DNA of 64,000 bases, from positions 53,818,001 through 53,882,000 of the forward strand of contig NC_058368.1 in the NCBI RefSeq assembly GCF_018350175.1, read 5' to 3'. The notes below the pieces were generated by a model. That model was not told the DNA's origin. It worked only from the letters and a program-made list of their open reading frames with translations, and ran no database searches. This stretch comes from Felis catus. Taxonomy: Eukaryota. A program made the translations under genes and the position numbers. Positions 35,291 through 46,500 of the stretch are shown here, one piece after another. Numbering within the stretch: the stretch's first letter is position 1; every line of letters starts with the position of its first letter.

Positions 35291-36229
35291 AGTTTCCTTC
35301 CTTTCTCTCAAACACTACAGAGAGGTTTGATATTCACGCTGGTGACAAAACATATACTGTGACAAATGAATCCCTTCCTCTTCCCACTGTGACCCAACTA
35401 GGAAGTATGGGGATGGGAAAGGAAAAACAATGGGATTGATTGTTTCATATCTATCACAATTAGGAGACGAATTATTGATTATTAGTGTTTTTCCAAGCAT
35501 TAATAACAATAATGCTCTGGCCTTACATTATGGTCATTTCTATCCAACCTGAAAGAAATAACAGTTTTCATTGGGTTTTCAATTGATGTTGTCGGTGTTT
35601 GCCCATAACTGAGCAAAAATATTTTCCCTCCAGGAACTGTTTTCTCATTAAAGCATAGGCAAACTGCATTCATTACATAGCACATATCATTTAATTCTTG
35701 TAATTTTATCTGGTTAAAAAAAACATAATGAGAAGGAACTAACTTCACAGGAGATTTTTCTAAAGGAATTATACCCTACAATCAAAATCAAAATTGACTT
35801 TCCAATTAGAAAAGGAATTCAGGTCAGGAATGTGAACTAGCAATTTCAAAATTTAACCACATATATTGTTTAGAACAAATATTACAAACAAACTCTTTTT
35901 GCTGCTCTATTTACCAGAAGATCTTTTCAGCAGTTTCTGTAAATTCTTACCTTGTTGCCAAAGAGTGATTTGAGGTTCAAAAGCAACTGGAGAATAGAGC
36001 TATTATTTCTGTGACTTTTCATTAATTCTGAGCCTTATGGTGACTGAACATCTTTCTTTCCAGAAGCTCAGAGACATTGTTTACTGAGCTGCTATGCTAA
36101 TTTGTACTTTGGAACAAAGCTTGAGCTAGTACCTCCTTCAGAGATGGTGCAAATGAATTGGGTAGAAGCAATGGTACCCAGATCTTGTAGCTTTGGAGAT
36201 TGTCAAAACTTCAACAACAGAGTATTTCA

Positions 36230-37180
36230 CAATTACTCTTAAATCTTTAGATATAATCTCTCTTCTGAAATCTAAATATATTAACCACATATGGTATATT
36301 CACCTGGGAGTCCCAGAGGCACCTCAAATTCAGCTCATTCCATATGTACGCATAATATTCTGCAAATCTGCTACTTCTTTAGTATGCTACATCTTGATTA
36401 ATGATTTACTATTCACCTAGATGTCCAAGCCAGAAGTCTGACCGTCATTCTTGATTGTTCCTTTTGTTCAGTGTTTGTATCCAGTGAATCTCTCCTGACC
36501 ATCAGTTCTGCTTCCAAAACGTCTTTGAATCTGCTCATTCCTCCAACTACTATCCTCATTTTCTCTCTCCTGGATGATTGTCACAGCTTCCTAATGGGTC
36601 TGCTCGTCCCCAGGGTAACCACTTTCCATTCCACCCACTGAACTGCTGCCGGAGTGTGCTTTTTGAATAACAAATCCGATCTTGTCGCTCACACAATTAA
36701 AACCCTCCAGTGGATCCTAGCCATTTACAGCATGAAAATTCACACCCCTGAGCATAGACTTGCAAAGACTGTTTTTGATCTGGCTCCTCTGTCTTTCATC
36801 TGCAACCTAAGGCAATCCTCCCTGAACGTTTCCTGGTTTGGTTTCATGTAATCCTCTCTAGGGTTCCTGTGTCTTTGCACATGCAGTTCCCATGCCTGGA
36901 ACAGCCTTTATCTTTTCCACCCCCTACACACCTACTCAACAGCTCAGGAGGCAGCTGTTCCGGGCAGCTTCTTCTGTGCCCCTCTGTGCATATTCTGGGT
37001 AACAATCTCATGTGCATCCTTATAGTAATTTTTACTTCATTATATTTTAATTCATTGTTTATGTACTAGTTTCTCCCTTCTTTCTGTGTATTCATTTGAG
37101 CATTCTTTGTATTCCCAGCATCTATCAGAGCATTTGGCAGTAGAGTAGGAACTCAGTACATGTTTGCTGAATATGAATGA
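36230..37180 (+). mobile_element. L2 3' portion
   Basis: GGCACCTCAAATTCAGC, CCAAGCCAGAA, 3' end GTAGGAACTCAGTACATGTTTGCTGAATATGAATGAAT. Confidence 0.8.
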
Positions 37181-37189
37181 ATACCAAGG

Positions 37190-37365
37190 CAGCTGGTTTC
37201 AGTCAAAGCGCGGCAACCCCAGGCATACAACTTAATGTCCTTTGAGACTTTGTCCTCATTTGCAAAACCAAAGATGACAAAACCTATCTTCCTGTTCTGC
37301 TGTGAGAATTAAATGAGAAGGACATACTCTGTAAACAGTAAATTAACATATAAATATATATAAGA
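37190..37365 (+). mobile_element. MIR fragment
   Basis: CCTCATTTGCAAAA...GCTGTGAGAATTAAATGAGA. Confidence 0.65.
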
Positions 37366-37489
37366 TCATATAATTACTGGGACCTATTACACACCGAACA
37401 ATAAAAATCAATAAAAACTGATTTATTGATACACATGACACGTGGAAACACATCACGAAACTACCAAGGCTTTCCTTTCATTCCCATCT

Positions 37490-38070
37490 CCATTGCTTTC
37501 CTTCCCTTCACTATTGATCCATATACCCTTGATGTTATAACCACTACATCTGGTGTCCTAAAGTTGCCGTCCACTTTCAGATCTGCATGACTTTGTATGC
37601 TGTTCCCCTGCTCAGAATGTCCCTTCCCTCTGCTCTCCTGGTGAATTTATCCTCTGAAGTCTGACGCCAGTTTGACACTCTTTTTTAAGTTCATTTATTT
37701 ATTTTGTGAGAGTGTGAGAGCAGGGGGAGGGGCAGTGGAAGGAGAGAAAGGGAGAATCCCAAGCCTGCTCTGTGCTGTCAATGAGGAGCCCCATGTGGGG
37801 CTTATCTCAGGAACCAGGAGATCATGACCTGAGCCAAAATCAAGAGTTGGTCGCTTAACCAACTGAGCTGCCCAGGCGCCCCCAGAGTTTGATACTCTGG
37901 CAAGCCTTCCCTGTCTCCCCCAGACATAACTGATCATGCTCTTCCCTCAGACACTTGGTATATGCTTGTCTTATGGTTGGCTACACTGTAGATAGTTTTG
38001 TTTGCATGTTCATCTTTTCCACATTCTATTGTGAGCTCCTTGAGGTGAAATCTCATTTTCCTAGGACTGT
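37490..38070 (+). mobile_element. L2 fragment interrupted by a SINE
   Basis: CTTTGTATGCTGTTCCC.TGC.CAGAATGT; TGTGAGCTCCTTGAGG. Confidence 0.65.
37681..37883 (-). mobile_element. CAN-SINE
   Basis: TSD AGTTTGA(C/T)ACTC. Confidence 0.95.
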
Positions 38071-38639
38071 TATTACCATTTCCCTGTGATTGTTCCCTGC
38101 AAAGTGAGTCTCACTCGGATTCCCAAACCAAAGGGCAGAATACAGGCAAAATATTTAAGCATTCGCCATCCCTCAGGTTGCCTTTCTCTCGGTTGAAGAG
38201 TTTGTGCTCTAGGAGGCACCCTGGGTTTATGAGTTTCTCTCAAATTTCCCTTGATGACTATTTGGGATCTGCCTGGGGCTTCCAGGTGTGTTGAGGTTCT
38301 TCCAGGTACTGCTCTCCCTGGCATTTTGTAGCTGGATTCGTTTTAGAGCTTTAAGTGGATGCAGTCTTGGTTTCCCTCTTAGTATTAACTCAAGTCTCCA
38401 TATGAGAGGCTGGCACTCTCTTTCCCCCCGGTTTACTTTTCCCTGATGCCTGAAGCTTTGCTCAGGAAACTCAGCCCTGTGACTTACCATGAGCTATCTC
38501 TCATCCAGGACATATGCCCCAGAATATCCTTTCCCTCCCTTCCTCTTGTCCTGCCCTGTTTGCCTTCCTTCTCTTCTTCCTCTCCCTCTCCTTCTTCCTA
38601 TTCCCCCTATATTGACCATGTCTTCTAAAGGCAGCCAAT

Positions 38640-38850
38640 TGTCACTGAAGATTTTCTCAGTGCTAGGCACCTGTGTTAAGCACTACACATGCATTATATC
38701 ATTGTTCCTTGCAATAAATCCATCAGGAATTACTATTAAGGCTCCTATTTTAAAAGAAAAGGACACTGAGATATACAGAGATATTGACTTAGCAGACGTA
38801 GGATTTCAAACAGCCTGGGTCTACTTGAGTAGAAAGCTCATGCTCTTAAC
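38640..38850 (-). mobile_element. MIR
   Basis: GTGCTAGGCAC..GTTAAGCACT.CATGCATTAT; CCTATTTTA..GAAAAGGACACTGAG. Confidence 0.75.
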
Positions 38851-39922
38851 CCCAGTGATTTTTTGCCTCTGAGGCATCTCTGACCCCACCCCCCTTTCTC
38901 CTGTCTGCCTCTCCCCGCTTCCTCTGAGCCTCTGCACTGCCACCAGTGGCACACAGTTTGCCCACATTGTGACTTAAATGATCATGTTCAGCTGCACGTC
39001 CATGATCAACTTTTATTGCACAACCTGTCAACCTCCCTGCTCTGCCTTTCTTTACGTACAACATCTGGTAACCTTCACCTCTTGACATACAGCAGAGGGA
39101 AAGAGCTGCAACTTCTTTATCTTTACATTCCTAACTTCTACCACAAGTGGGTCCCAAACAGATCCACTAAACAAATACACAGATTTTATTGACAGTAGTA
39201 GAGAAAAGATGAATAGAAGCAATATCCAACATTCTTTTGACCTGGAATTATGTTAAGTACCGTTGATTTTATATAGAAACATTTGACATGTTAAATGTTC
39301 ACAAAGGAGATTGCCCAAAGCTGACTACTAGGCAAGCTTGTTGGTTTGGATTGAATTAATGCAACAAATTCAAACCTAAGTATAGAAAACTGGGTTTTTT
39401 AAAACAGAAAAGGGAAGTTGAGCCCTATAAAAACATTTACTTGTGCCTTTTTCTCAATCTTAACTTCAATATTTTATTATAATTAGAAGCAACCATATTT
39501 GTTATAATTAATTTCTCTTTGCAACATTCCTGGGAGATTAGAAAAAGAGTGGGTAATTATAAATTGAAGTGTAGAAGGGTGGGTTGGTCAGGATCCTATA
39601 ATGAACCCAAGGAACTGCTTCCCTGCTCATGATTTTGCTCACTGGCAAATCTTAATACAGTTTTTGGTTCTCAAGGAACCACTTATAAAATTAGACAATA
39701 AAGCAAAGCTAATTTGAAGTTAGTTATTTAACTTGTATAATCATGAATCACTCACTGTAGCTGTATGCTATAGACTAAGTGCATTTTGTTTTCTATAAGG
39801 TCACCTAAATGGGGAGTTTTCTTCTTTGAACTCTGAGCCTATGATGGGAAAAGGCCCATCCGTATATCTCTACTCCATGCTGTATTGCTTTTACCTTTTT
39901 GGGAATATGGTGTTTTGTCATG

Positions 39923-40409
39923 TGTTGTAGAAAGGATAATAGCCACCCCCACCCCCCACCAAGATGTCCACGATCTAATCCCCCAGAACCTATGAATATG
40001 TTATGTTGCATGGCAAAAAGGAATTTGGGTTACAGATTGAATTAAGGTTCCCAATCAAGTGACCTTAAAATAAGGAGATTATTCTGGATTATCCAGGGGG
40101 GCCTAATATAATCACAGGGGTCCTGAAGTGACCATGATGTGAGAAGGGCTTGACACATCATTGCTGGCTTTAGAAGGGGCCACCATCCAAGGCACATGGG
40201 TGGCCTCTAGAAGCTGGAAAAGTCAGAGTGACGGGTAATTTACTAGAGTCTTCAGCAAGGACACAGCACTGTTGACACCTTGATTTTAGCATGGTGAGAC
40301 TCATGTCAGACTTCTGGCCTATAGAACTGTAGGATCATAAATATGTGCTGTTTTAAGCCACCAAGTTTGTGGTAATTTGTTATGGCAGCTATTGAAACAT
40401 AGTGTAACA
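39923..40409 (+). mobile_element. MaLR solo LTR (MLT1D/E-like)
   Basis: AAGATGTCCACG..CTAATCCCCAGAACC, GGAGATTATTCTGGATTATCC, TTTTAAGCCACCAAGTTTGTGGTAATTTGTTATGGCAGC. Confidence 0.88.
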
Positions 40410-41829
40410 TCCCTGTGATGTCCTATCCATCCACAATCTTGAGAAATGGGATTCCCACACCCTCCTGGAACACTTAGGTATCTGACTTTGAATTTTGGTG
40501 ACACTCTTTCTCCCCAGGCTGAAGGCCATGTCTACTGTTCTCACGTCAGTACCTGTTAGAAGGGAGGGGTGAATCCCACAGAGAAATGCTCAGGCCCTGG
40601 TGATATCCTTATTTTATTTTTAAAACACCTTTCTTCTATCTAGTGTGTAGATATTCTGGAGTGGTTTGAAGAATGTTGAATGGGAAATTGGTCCTGAGCC
40701 ATCTCACTTGGACCTGGAACTACTGGCAAATGTAGGCCACACTGAGGGGCCAGGCCCTGCCCAACAGAACTAACATGGTGTTTTTACCGTTAAGGTCCCC
40801 ACAGCCTTTTAGTAAAGTCTGGCTCCTGCGCCCCACCTCCACCCCTTTACCATATATGTCTGCATATATCAAACACTAACTGTGAAAAAGCTCCATACCC
40901 TTGCACGTGACATTTTGGCACTCCAGGGAAATCAGGCATGTAATCAGACTAGTGTTTCTGTGAATCACCACATACTGTGTGACAGGTAAGGAGTTTTCCA
41001 AGCTTTTGCTGTCTTAATTTGGCTCCAGCACAGCCAATATGCACTATGACATAAAATTAAAAATCAGTAGCCTCAGTCCTCAAGGAGCGTGGGTACCTAT
41101 TGAAGAGATATACATAACGTGATCTTTGTGGCGATAGGTATTTAGCTGTTGTGCACTGGTATTCTTGCATAGCTGGATCTGTTTTGATTGGCCAAGGCCA
41201 TATTGGCTTGGCCATTTGATCTGCCATATTGGCTATTATGTGTTTTGGATGTGGGAGAGCAGCGAAATTGCCCTTATCTCATCTTCAGGATGGAAATGGA
41301 AGCCTGTTGGGAGAGAAGAGTCAGAACCTTGAAGAATTAACAAGCATTACTAAGCAGTGGAAAGAGAATTCCAGAGCATGGGCAAGGTCAAGATTCAAAT
41401 AATTTTAGCCCATGTATAGAGAGTGTTTGGTCTGAGTGGTGAGGGTGCTAAGTACATGCTGTTGGGAACCACAGGACTCTTGAAAATTTGTCTCTGGAGT
41501 TCTTTGGTTATAAATTTTTTAAAAAGCTGATTGGTGTAATAGCTTAAAATTCTTTTGTTGTTGAAATGAGTGTTTCTGGTCACTTTTTTTTTTCTCAAAG
41601 GTTGTTCATTTTGGCACACTATAAAGTGGTCCCTCACCTAGCTTTAAGGATTACTGATTTGTAAAATGGCTTTTTAATTTTAATTTTGCTTTTTAAAACA
41701 TTGAATTAATTGCCAGCTATTTATTTCTCCCCTGTGCTGTTTGTAATGGTTGAAAGCACAACCTAAATATCCATCAGTGGCAAGAAGTGTAATGACTCCT
41801 TAGGAATATGGTTGGTCTGCATGCAGTTC

Positions 41830-42010
41830 CCCTCTGGAAATAGCCATAGTATGGCCTTGAATTTGAGCTTAGCATCTCCAAGTTCCTATTTTTGCATTTA
41901 TGAGATGGATTCGTAACATCTACTTTACACAATTATTAAGAATTAAAACGGACAATAAAAAAAAATTGCCACAGTGCCTAGAATACACTAAGCTCACACT
42001 CATTCAAAGG
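41830..42010 (+). mobile_element. MIR fragment
   Basis: TAACATCTACTTTACA...AAGAATTAAA...CACAGTGCCTAG. Confidence 0.55.
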
Positions 42011-42474
42011 TAGCTTCTTTCATTATTGTATTTTTTCTTAATTTTTTTCTTATTAAAAAAAAGCAATGAATTATTATTGCAGAAAACAAAACAATAGCGT
42101 AAACACAAAGCATACAATAATCCCACCTATTCAAAGATAACTGCTATTAATATCTTGCAGAATATTTTCCATATCCTTTTATATGATTTCTATATATTAC
42201 ATACTACTATTTTTTGGTAAAATTGGATCATACAATGTGTGCTACATTAGAACCTACTATAATTAATTTCAGCAAACTACCATTTGACAGACATTTATGC
42301 TATTACAAATTTTTGCTGTATGCAGTGTAACACAAAATGAATTATACATTACAAAGCGCTAATGGTTCCAAGAATTGACACAAATACTTTGTACACACCA
42401 AGAATAGCAAAACAATACACAATTAGCCAATACCTTAAAAAGCCCATTTGTTCATCATTTAAACTTTATTTTCC

Positions 42475-42702
42475 TTTTCTTATTGTTTTTTTTAATGTTT
42501 TTATTTATTTTTGAGAGAGAGAGAGAGAGACAGAGTATGAGTCGGGGAGGGGCAGAGAAAGAGGAAGACACAGAATCCTAAGCAGGCCCCAGGCTCTGAG
42601 CTGTCAGCACAGAGCCTGACTAGGGGCCTGAACTCATGAACCACAAGATCATGACCTGAGCCGAAGTCAGACGCCAAACCGACTGAGCCACCCAGGCACC
42701 CC
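42475..42702 (-). mobile_element. CAN-SINE (felid type)
   Basis: antisense SINEC; flanks ACTTTATTTTC. Confidence 0.95.
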
Positions 42703-42901
42703 TACACTTTATTTTCACGTGGATGTGCTTTCTTTCCTTTAAAATGTCTTTCAAAGTAGTTTAATTAAATTGTGTCTGGCTAAGTCATATGCCATCTGGG
42801 CAAATGTGAAACTTTGGTGACAGAAAGAGGCGAGGGCCCAAAAGGGTTGTATGCCATGCTAAAGACCTTGACTGTGGATGCTGGAGAAACTTTGAAGAAT
42901 T

Positions 42902-43091
42902 TTTTTTTAATATTATTGTTATTTGGAAAGAGAGACAGAGAGCAAGTGGGGGAGAGGCAGAGAGAGAGGGAGACAGAATCCCAGGCAGGCTCCCCCTGTG
43001 CTGCCAGCACAGAGCCTGAAGCAGGGCTTGAACTCACAAACTCTGAGATCATGACCTGAGCCAAAATTAAGAATCTGACACTTAACTGAAC
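42902..43091 (-). mobile_element. 5'-truncated CAN-SINE
   Basis: lacks the first ~20 nt of the head; TSD CTTTGAAGAATT at 42890-42901 and 43092-43103. Confidence 0.9.
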
Positions 43092-43103
43092 CTTTGAAGA
43101 ATT

Positions 43104-43321
43104 TAAATTTTTTTTAAATCTTTATTTTTGAGAGAGAGAGAGAAAGAGACAGTGTGAGAGCAGAGGAGGAACAGAGAGAGAGGGAGACACAGAATCCGAA
43201 GCAGGCTCCAGGCTCCAAGCTGTCAGCACAGAGCCCGACGCAGGGCTCAATCCCATGAACCGTGAGATCATGACCTGAGCCGAAGTTGGACGCTTAACCG
43301 ACTGAGCCACCCAGTCGCCCC
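43104..43321 (-). mobile_element. CAN-SINE (felid type)
   Basis: TSD TGAACCTTTGAAGAATT at 43087-43103 and 43322-43338. Confidence 0.95.
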
Positions 43322-44844
43322 TGAACCTTTGAAGAATTGTAAAGCATAGGCTAAGGAGGTTTTATCCCAGTTTTAGACTTTGCAAAAATGAGACCTGGAA
43401 AAAGTTACTCAAATATCGAAGTCCCCTTAAGATGGGGGTAGGGGCTGTGAGTTAAACCAAAAGTTTAAGTAAATTGCCTTGAATCCTTTCTGGGCAAGGT
43501 TAAGTAGGACATAAATATCAAGCAGTCCAAATGGATCATGTCTCTTTTCTGCCCTGTGGGAACTTACAGGAATTCTTTTTTTGTTGTTGTAAAGTGTGTT
43601 ACACTGATAAACTCTGGATACCTGTTGCCCACATTAGAATTCTAAAGATGAAGGGGAAAAATAAAGTAGTTGTTACTCTATTTATGAACTGGATTGACTG
43701 CAAAAGGAAATGGTTAATGCCTCATGGCTTCAGGGAAGCATTTTATCTCCAGTGGCGTGTCTAAAATTTACTGTCCAAAGCAGATGCTTTCTCAGGCAGG
43801 AATTCTGCAGAATGTTTCAGAGTTGCTTAGTGGGCTTGTAAATTTTGTTTCAATTCCATCCCTGCAATATCCATGTTCTTTTAAATGTCCAGAATCTTTT
43901 AAAAAATATGCCTCTCTGGTGACATGTCTGATTGACCGACATTTGGACCACAATGGCACAAGAAAATTGTCAGTAATCAGTGCTGTGAATACACACGCCT
44001 ACCTGATTCATCCACTGGGCTCAGCTTGGTACCAGTGCTTTTGTTTTACATTCATTAAAATTCCTATCAGGACACAAAATGCTGAACATCACCCAAAACA
44101 AAACCAAACAAAACCAACCAACCAAAAAAGAAAGGAAGAAAAAAAAAAAAAAGCTTAGGCTCAGATACAGAAATGTTGGTTAATGAAGAAAGAAAAGCCA
44201 TTTATATATTGCTTATTTTTCTTTAGCTCATTGTCATTTTTTAAAAATTTGAAGTTTTGTGACAGTTATAAAACCCCAAGCATTGTTTTTTTGCTTATTC
44301 AATTATCTCTTTGCCTCATGAAGATAAACTGAAAAAGTAAACAAAAATTAATGGAAGATGTTCAGTCTTTCTCAGTCCCTCTAAATGCTCATATAGAGTA
44401 GGATATCCTGTCTTTCATTTCAACCCATATATTTTGGTCATTAAACCTTCTAAAATATAATTTTGCTGTATGCAAGTTTGGGAAACATATAGGGGCTAAA
44501 ATAGGTGTTTTATTTCTGTAAATAAAACCTCTACCAACCCTATGCTACACAAACATGCAAGTAGTTTGGTACTTATTTGCAAAAAATACAAATGCAAGTC
44601 AATTCCAATTTTAGGAAATGCAATTATCTCTTAAGGGAAAAGCATAAGCTATTCCAAGGTAGAATTGTCATTTGATACAAGCTATTGGGTTTTACTTTCT
44701 TATTGAATATGTAATTACCCACTGTTTTTACATTTTCTTATAGTAGGGAGTAAAGAGAAATTAAATGAACAGGTCACATTGCTGTGCGTTTTTTTTTTTT
44801 AAATAGACAATGTGTTAAGCTAGATAAACAAATTTTTTCAGTAA

Positions 44845-45295
44845 ATATGGCAGAGGCTTCTGTTTGTCTCCACAGGGTTTGTTCTCATTCTTTCCTGTGA
44901 TAATACAAACCCTGATTTGGGGCTTGACCTACTGACACTAGAGGCAACACCACGTGTTCCTATCTCCCTTGCTGGGTGTGGCCCTGTGACAAGTTCTGGA
45001 TATGTACATTCAGCTTCCAGAACATATCCTCCGTCTTCCCTTTTGCTGCTGGGAGATGGGTGTGAGGGCTGGCTACTCATCTTGAATGGTGAGGATAAGG
45101 AAGCACTGCAGCGATGGCGGCATGGAATGCAGGACGCAACAGGTGCTACAGATCTGACTGTGGAATCGCCATTCCATCCCTGAATCACGTCAATCCAGAC
45201 TTTAATGCAAAAAGAAATGAAGATTTCATGTGTTTATGCTTTAGGCATTTAAGATCTCTATGAGGGGCAGACAAATATAAATCCTAATGAAACCA
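44845..45295 (+). mobile_element. Old MaLR LTR (MLT1H-K-like)
   Basis: CTCCCTTGC..GGTGTGGCC.TGTGAC.AAGTTCTGG motif; LTR-like end before the internal sequence. Confidence 0.65.
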
Positions 45296-46500
45296 GGACT
45301 TGATGTCTCAAAGTAGAGTGTTGGCCACGACAAAACCTAAAATGTAGATACTAATGGCTGAGACAGCCAAAAAAGCTCTTGTTATGCTGTGGCAACACAT
45401 TTGGTGAAACAATTGCTATGACGTCTTGGAAACAGAGTGATTGCTATTGCTGTAGCATTAGGGGAAATTATAGGAAAGATTCAATACAGTATCTTATGTT
45501 TGCTACTGCTCACTTCTTCAGCAAAGTCTACAAAAGAAGTAAACTGAGGTGTGAGCTAGTCAGTCTGGTAGCCAACAGCATCCTGCAATACAAGTTGACC
45601 AAGCATCAACTAATTTAAGCAATCTTAAATTAGTAAGTAATACTACCCATACATGGTGCCTACGGTGTGCCAGGCACCATTCAAGTGCTTTATATATTCT
45701 AAGTGAATCAAGCCTCCAACAATGAAGTCCATAGTGGTTTTAGACCCATTTTACAAATGAGATCCGAAGAAGTTAAGTAACTTGCCAGTTGCACACCTTA
45801 CAAGTGAGGACCCTAATTGAAGTAGGCCATCTGGATTCAAAGTTTAAGTTCCTAACTGCTGCACTAAACAGTCAGCAGTTTGGGCTTTATGGGACTGAAA
45901 AAACTAATTGCTATTGTACCCCAGACTGAAGCAGTTCTAAGCTAAGGCTGCAAATAGGGCAGACTTGGCAGAAGATAAGATGGTGTCTCTGAGTCTTTCC
46001 CAAGCACCTGCAGTTAAGCGGTCTCTGCCAGACAATGAGAGCCAGCTCAATGGCAAAGATCAGATGAAGAGTGTTGTCTCCCACCCCAGTTCTTTGTTTC
46101 AAAAGGCTTTAAGAGAGCCAGGCTGAAACATGAGAGAAGGGGGATGGGCAGAGCCCAGAGTCGATAAGTAAAAGACCTGTGTGTCTTTGGTCTTAAAACT
46201 CTGACTCTACAGGACTTCTGTCTGTGGCTATTAACACATACAACTACATACAACTGACCAGAAGCAAATAAACTGGAAGCCCATTAGATTTTTGAAGAAA
46301 TTAGATTGCTAAAGACTCAAAATTCTGTTCAATCCCCAAAGCATTTGCTTGCCCTTAAACCAGTACCAGCAAGAGGCAGGCTACAAAAGCTGTGAAGGTC
46401 CAAAAAGGACACCCTCTCTAAATGCCCACCACTAATGGGGCCTGAAGGCTAGTGAACAAGGAAGTTCCATTCAGGGGATCTTTCTTATTCAATGACCCAG
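45296..46500 (+). mobile_element. MaLR internal region (MLT1-int-like), interrupted by a MIR
   Basis: AAGTAGAGTGTTGGCC..ACAAAACCTAAAATGT start motif; CTTGTTATGC.GTGGCAA..CATTTGGT; GCAAAGATCAGAT. Confidence 0.6.
45630..45870 (-). mobile_element. MIR
   Basis: GTGTGCCAGGCACC..AAGTGCTTTA; CCCATTTTACAAATGAG..; AAGTTAAGTAACTTGCC. Confidence 0.85.

Noticed and set aside
35955..35975. Minus-strand peptide PQITLWQ, identical to the HIV-1 protease N-terminus
   Set aside because: A 7-residue match with no continuing ORF, no DTG motif and no retroviral context; chance.
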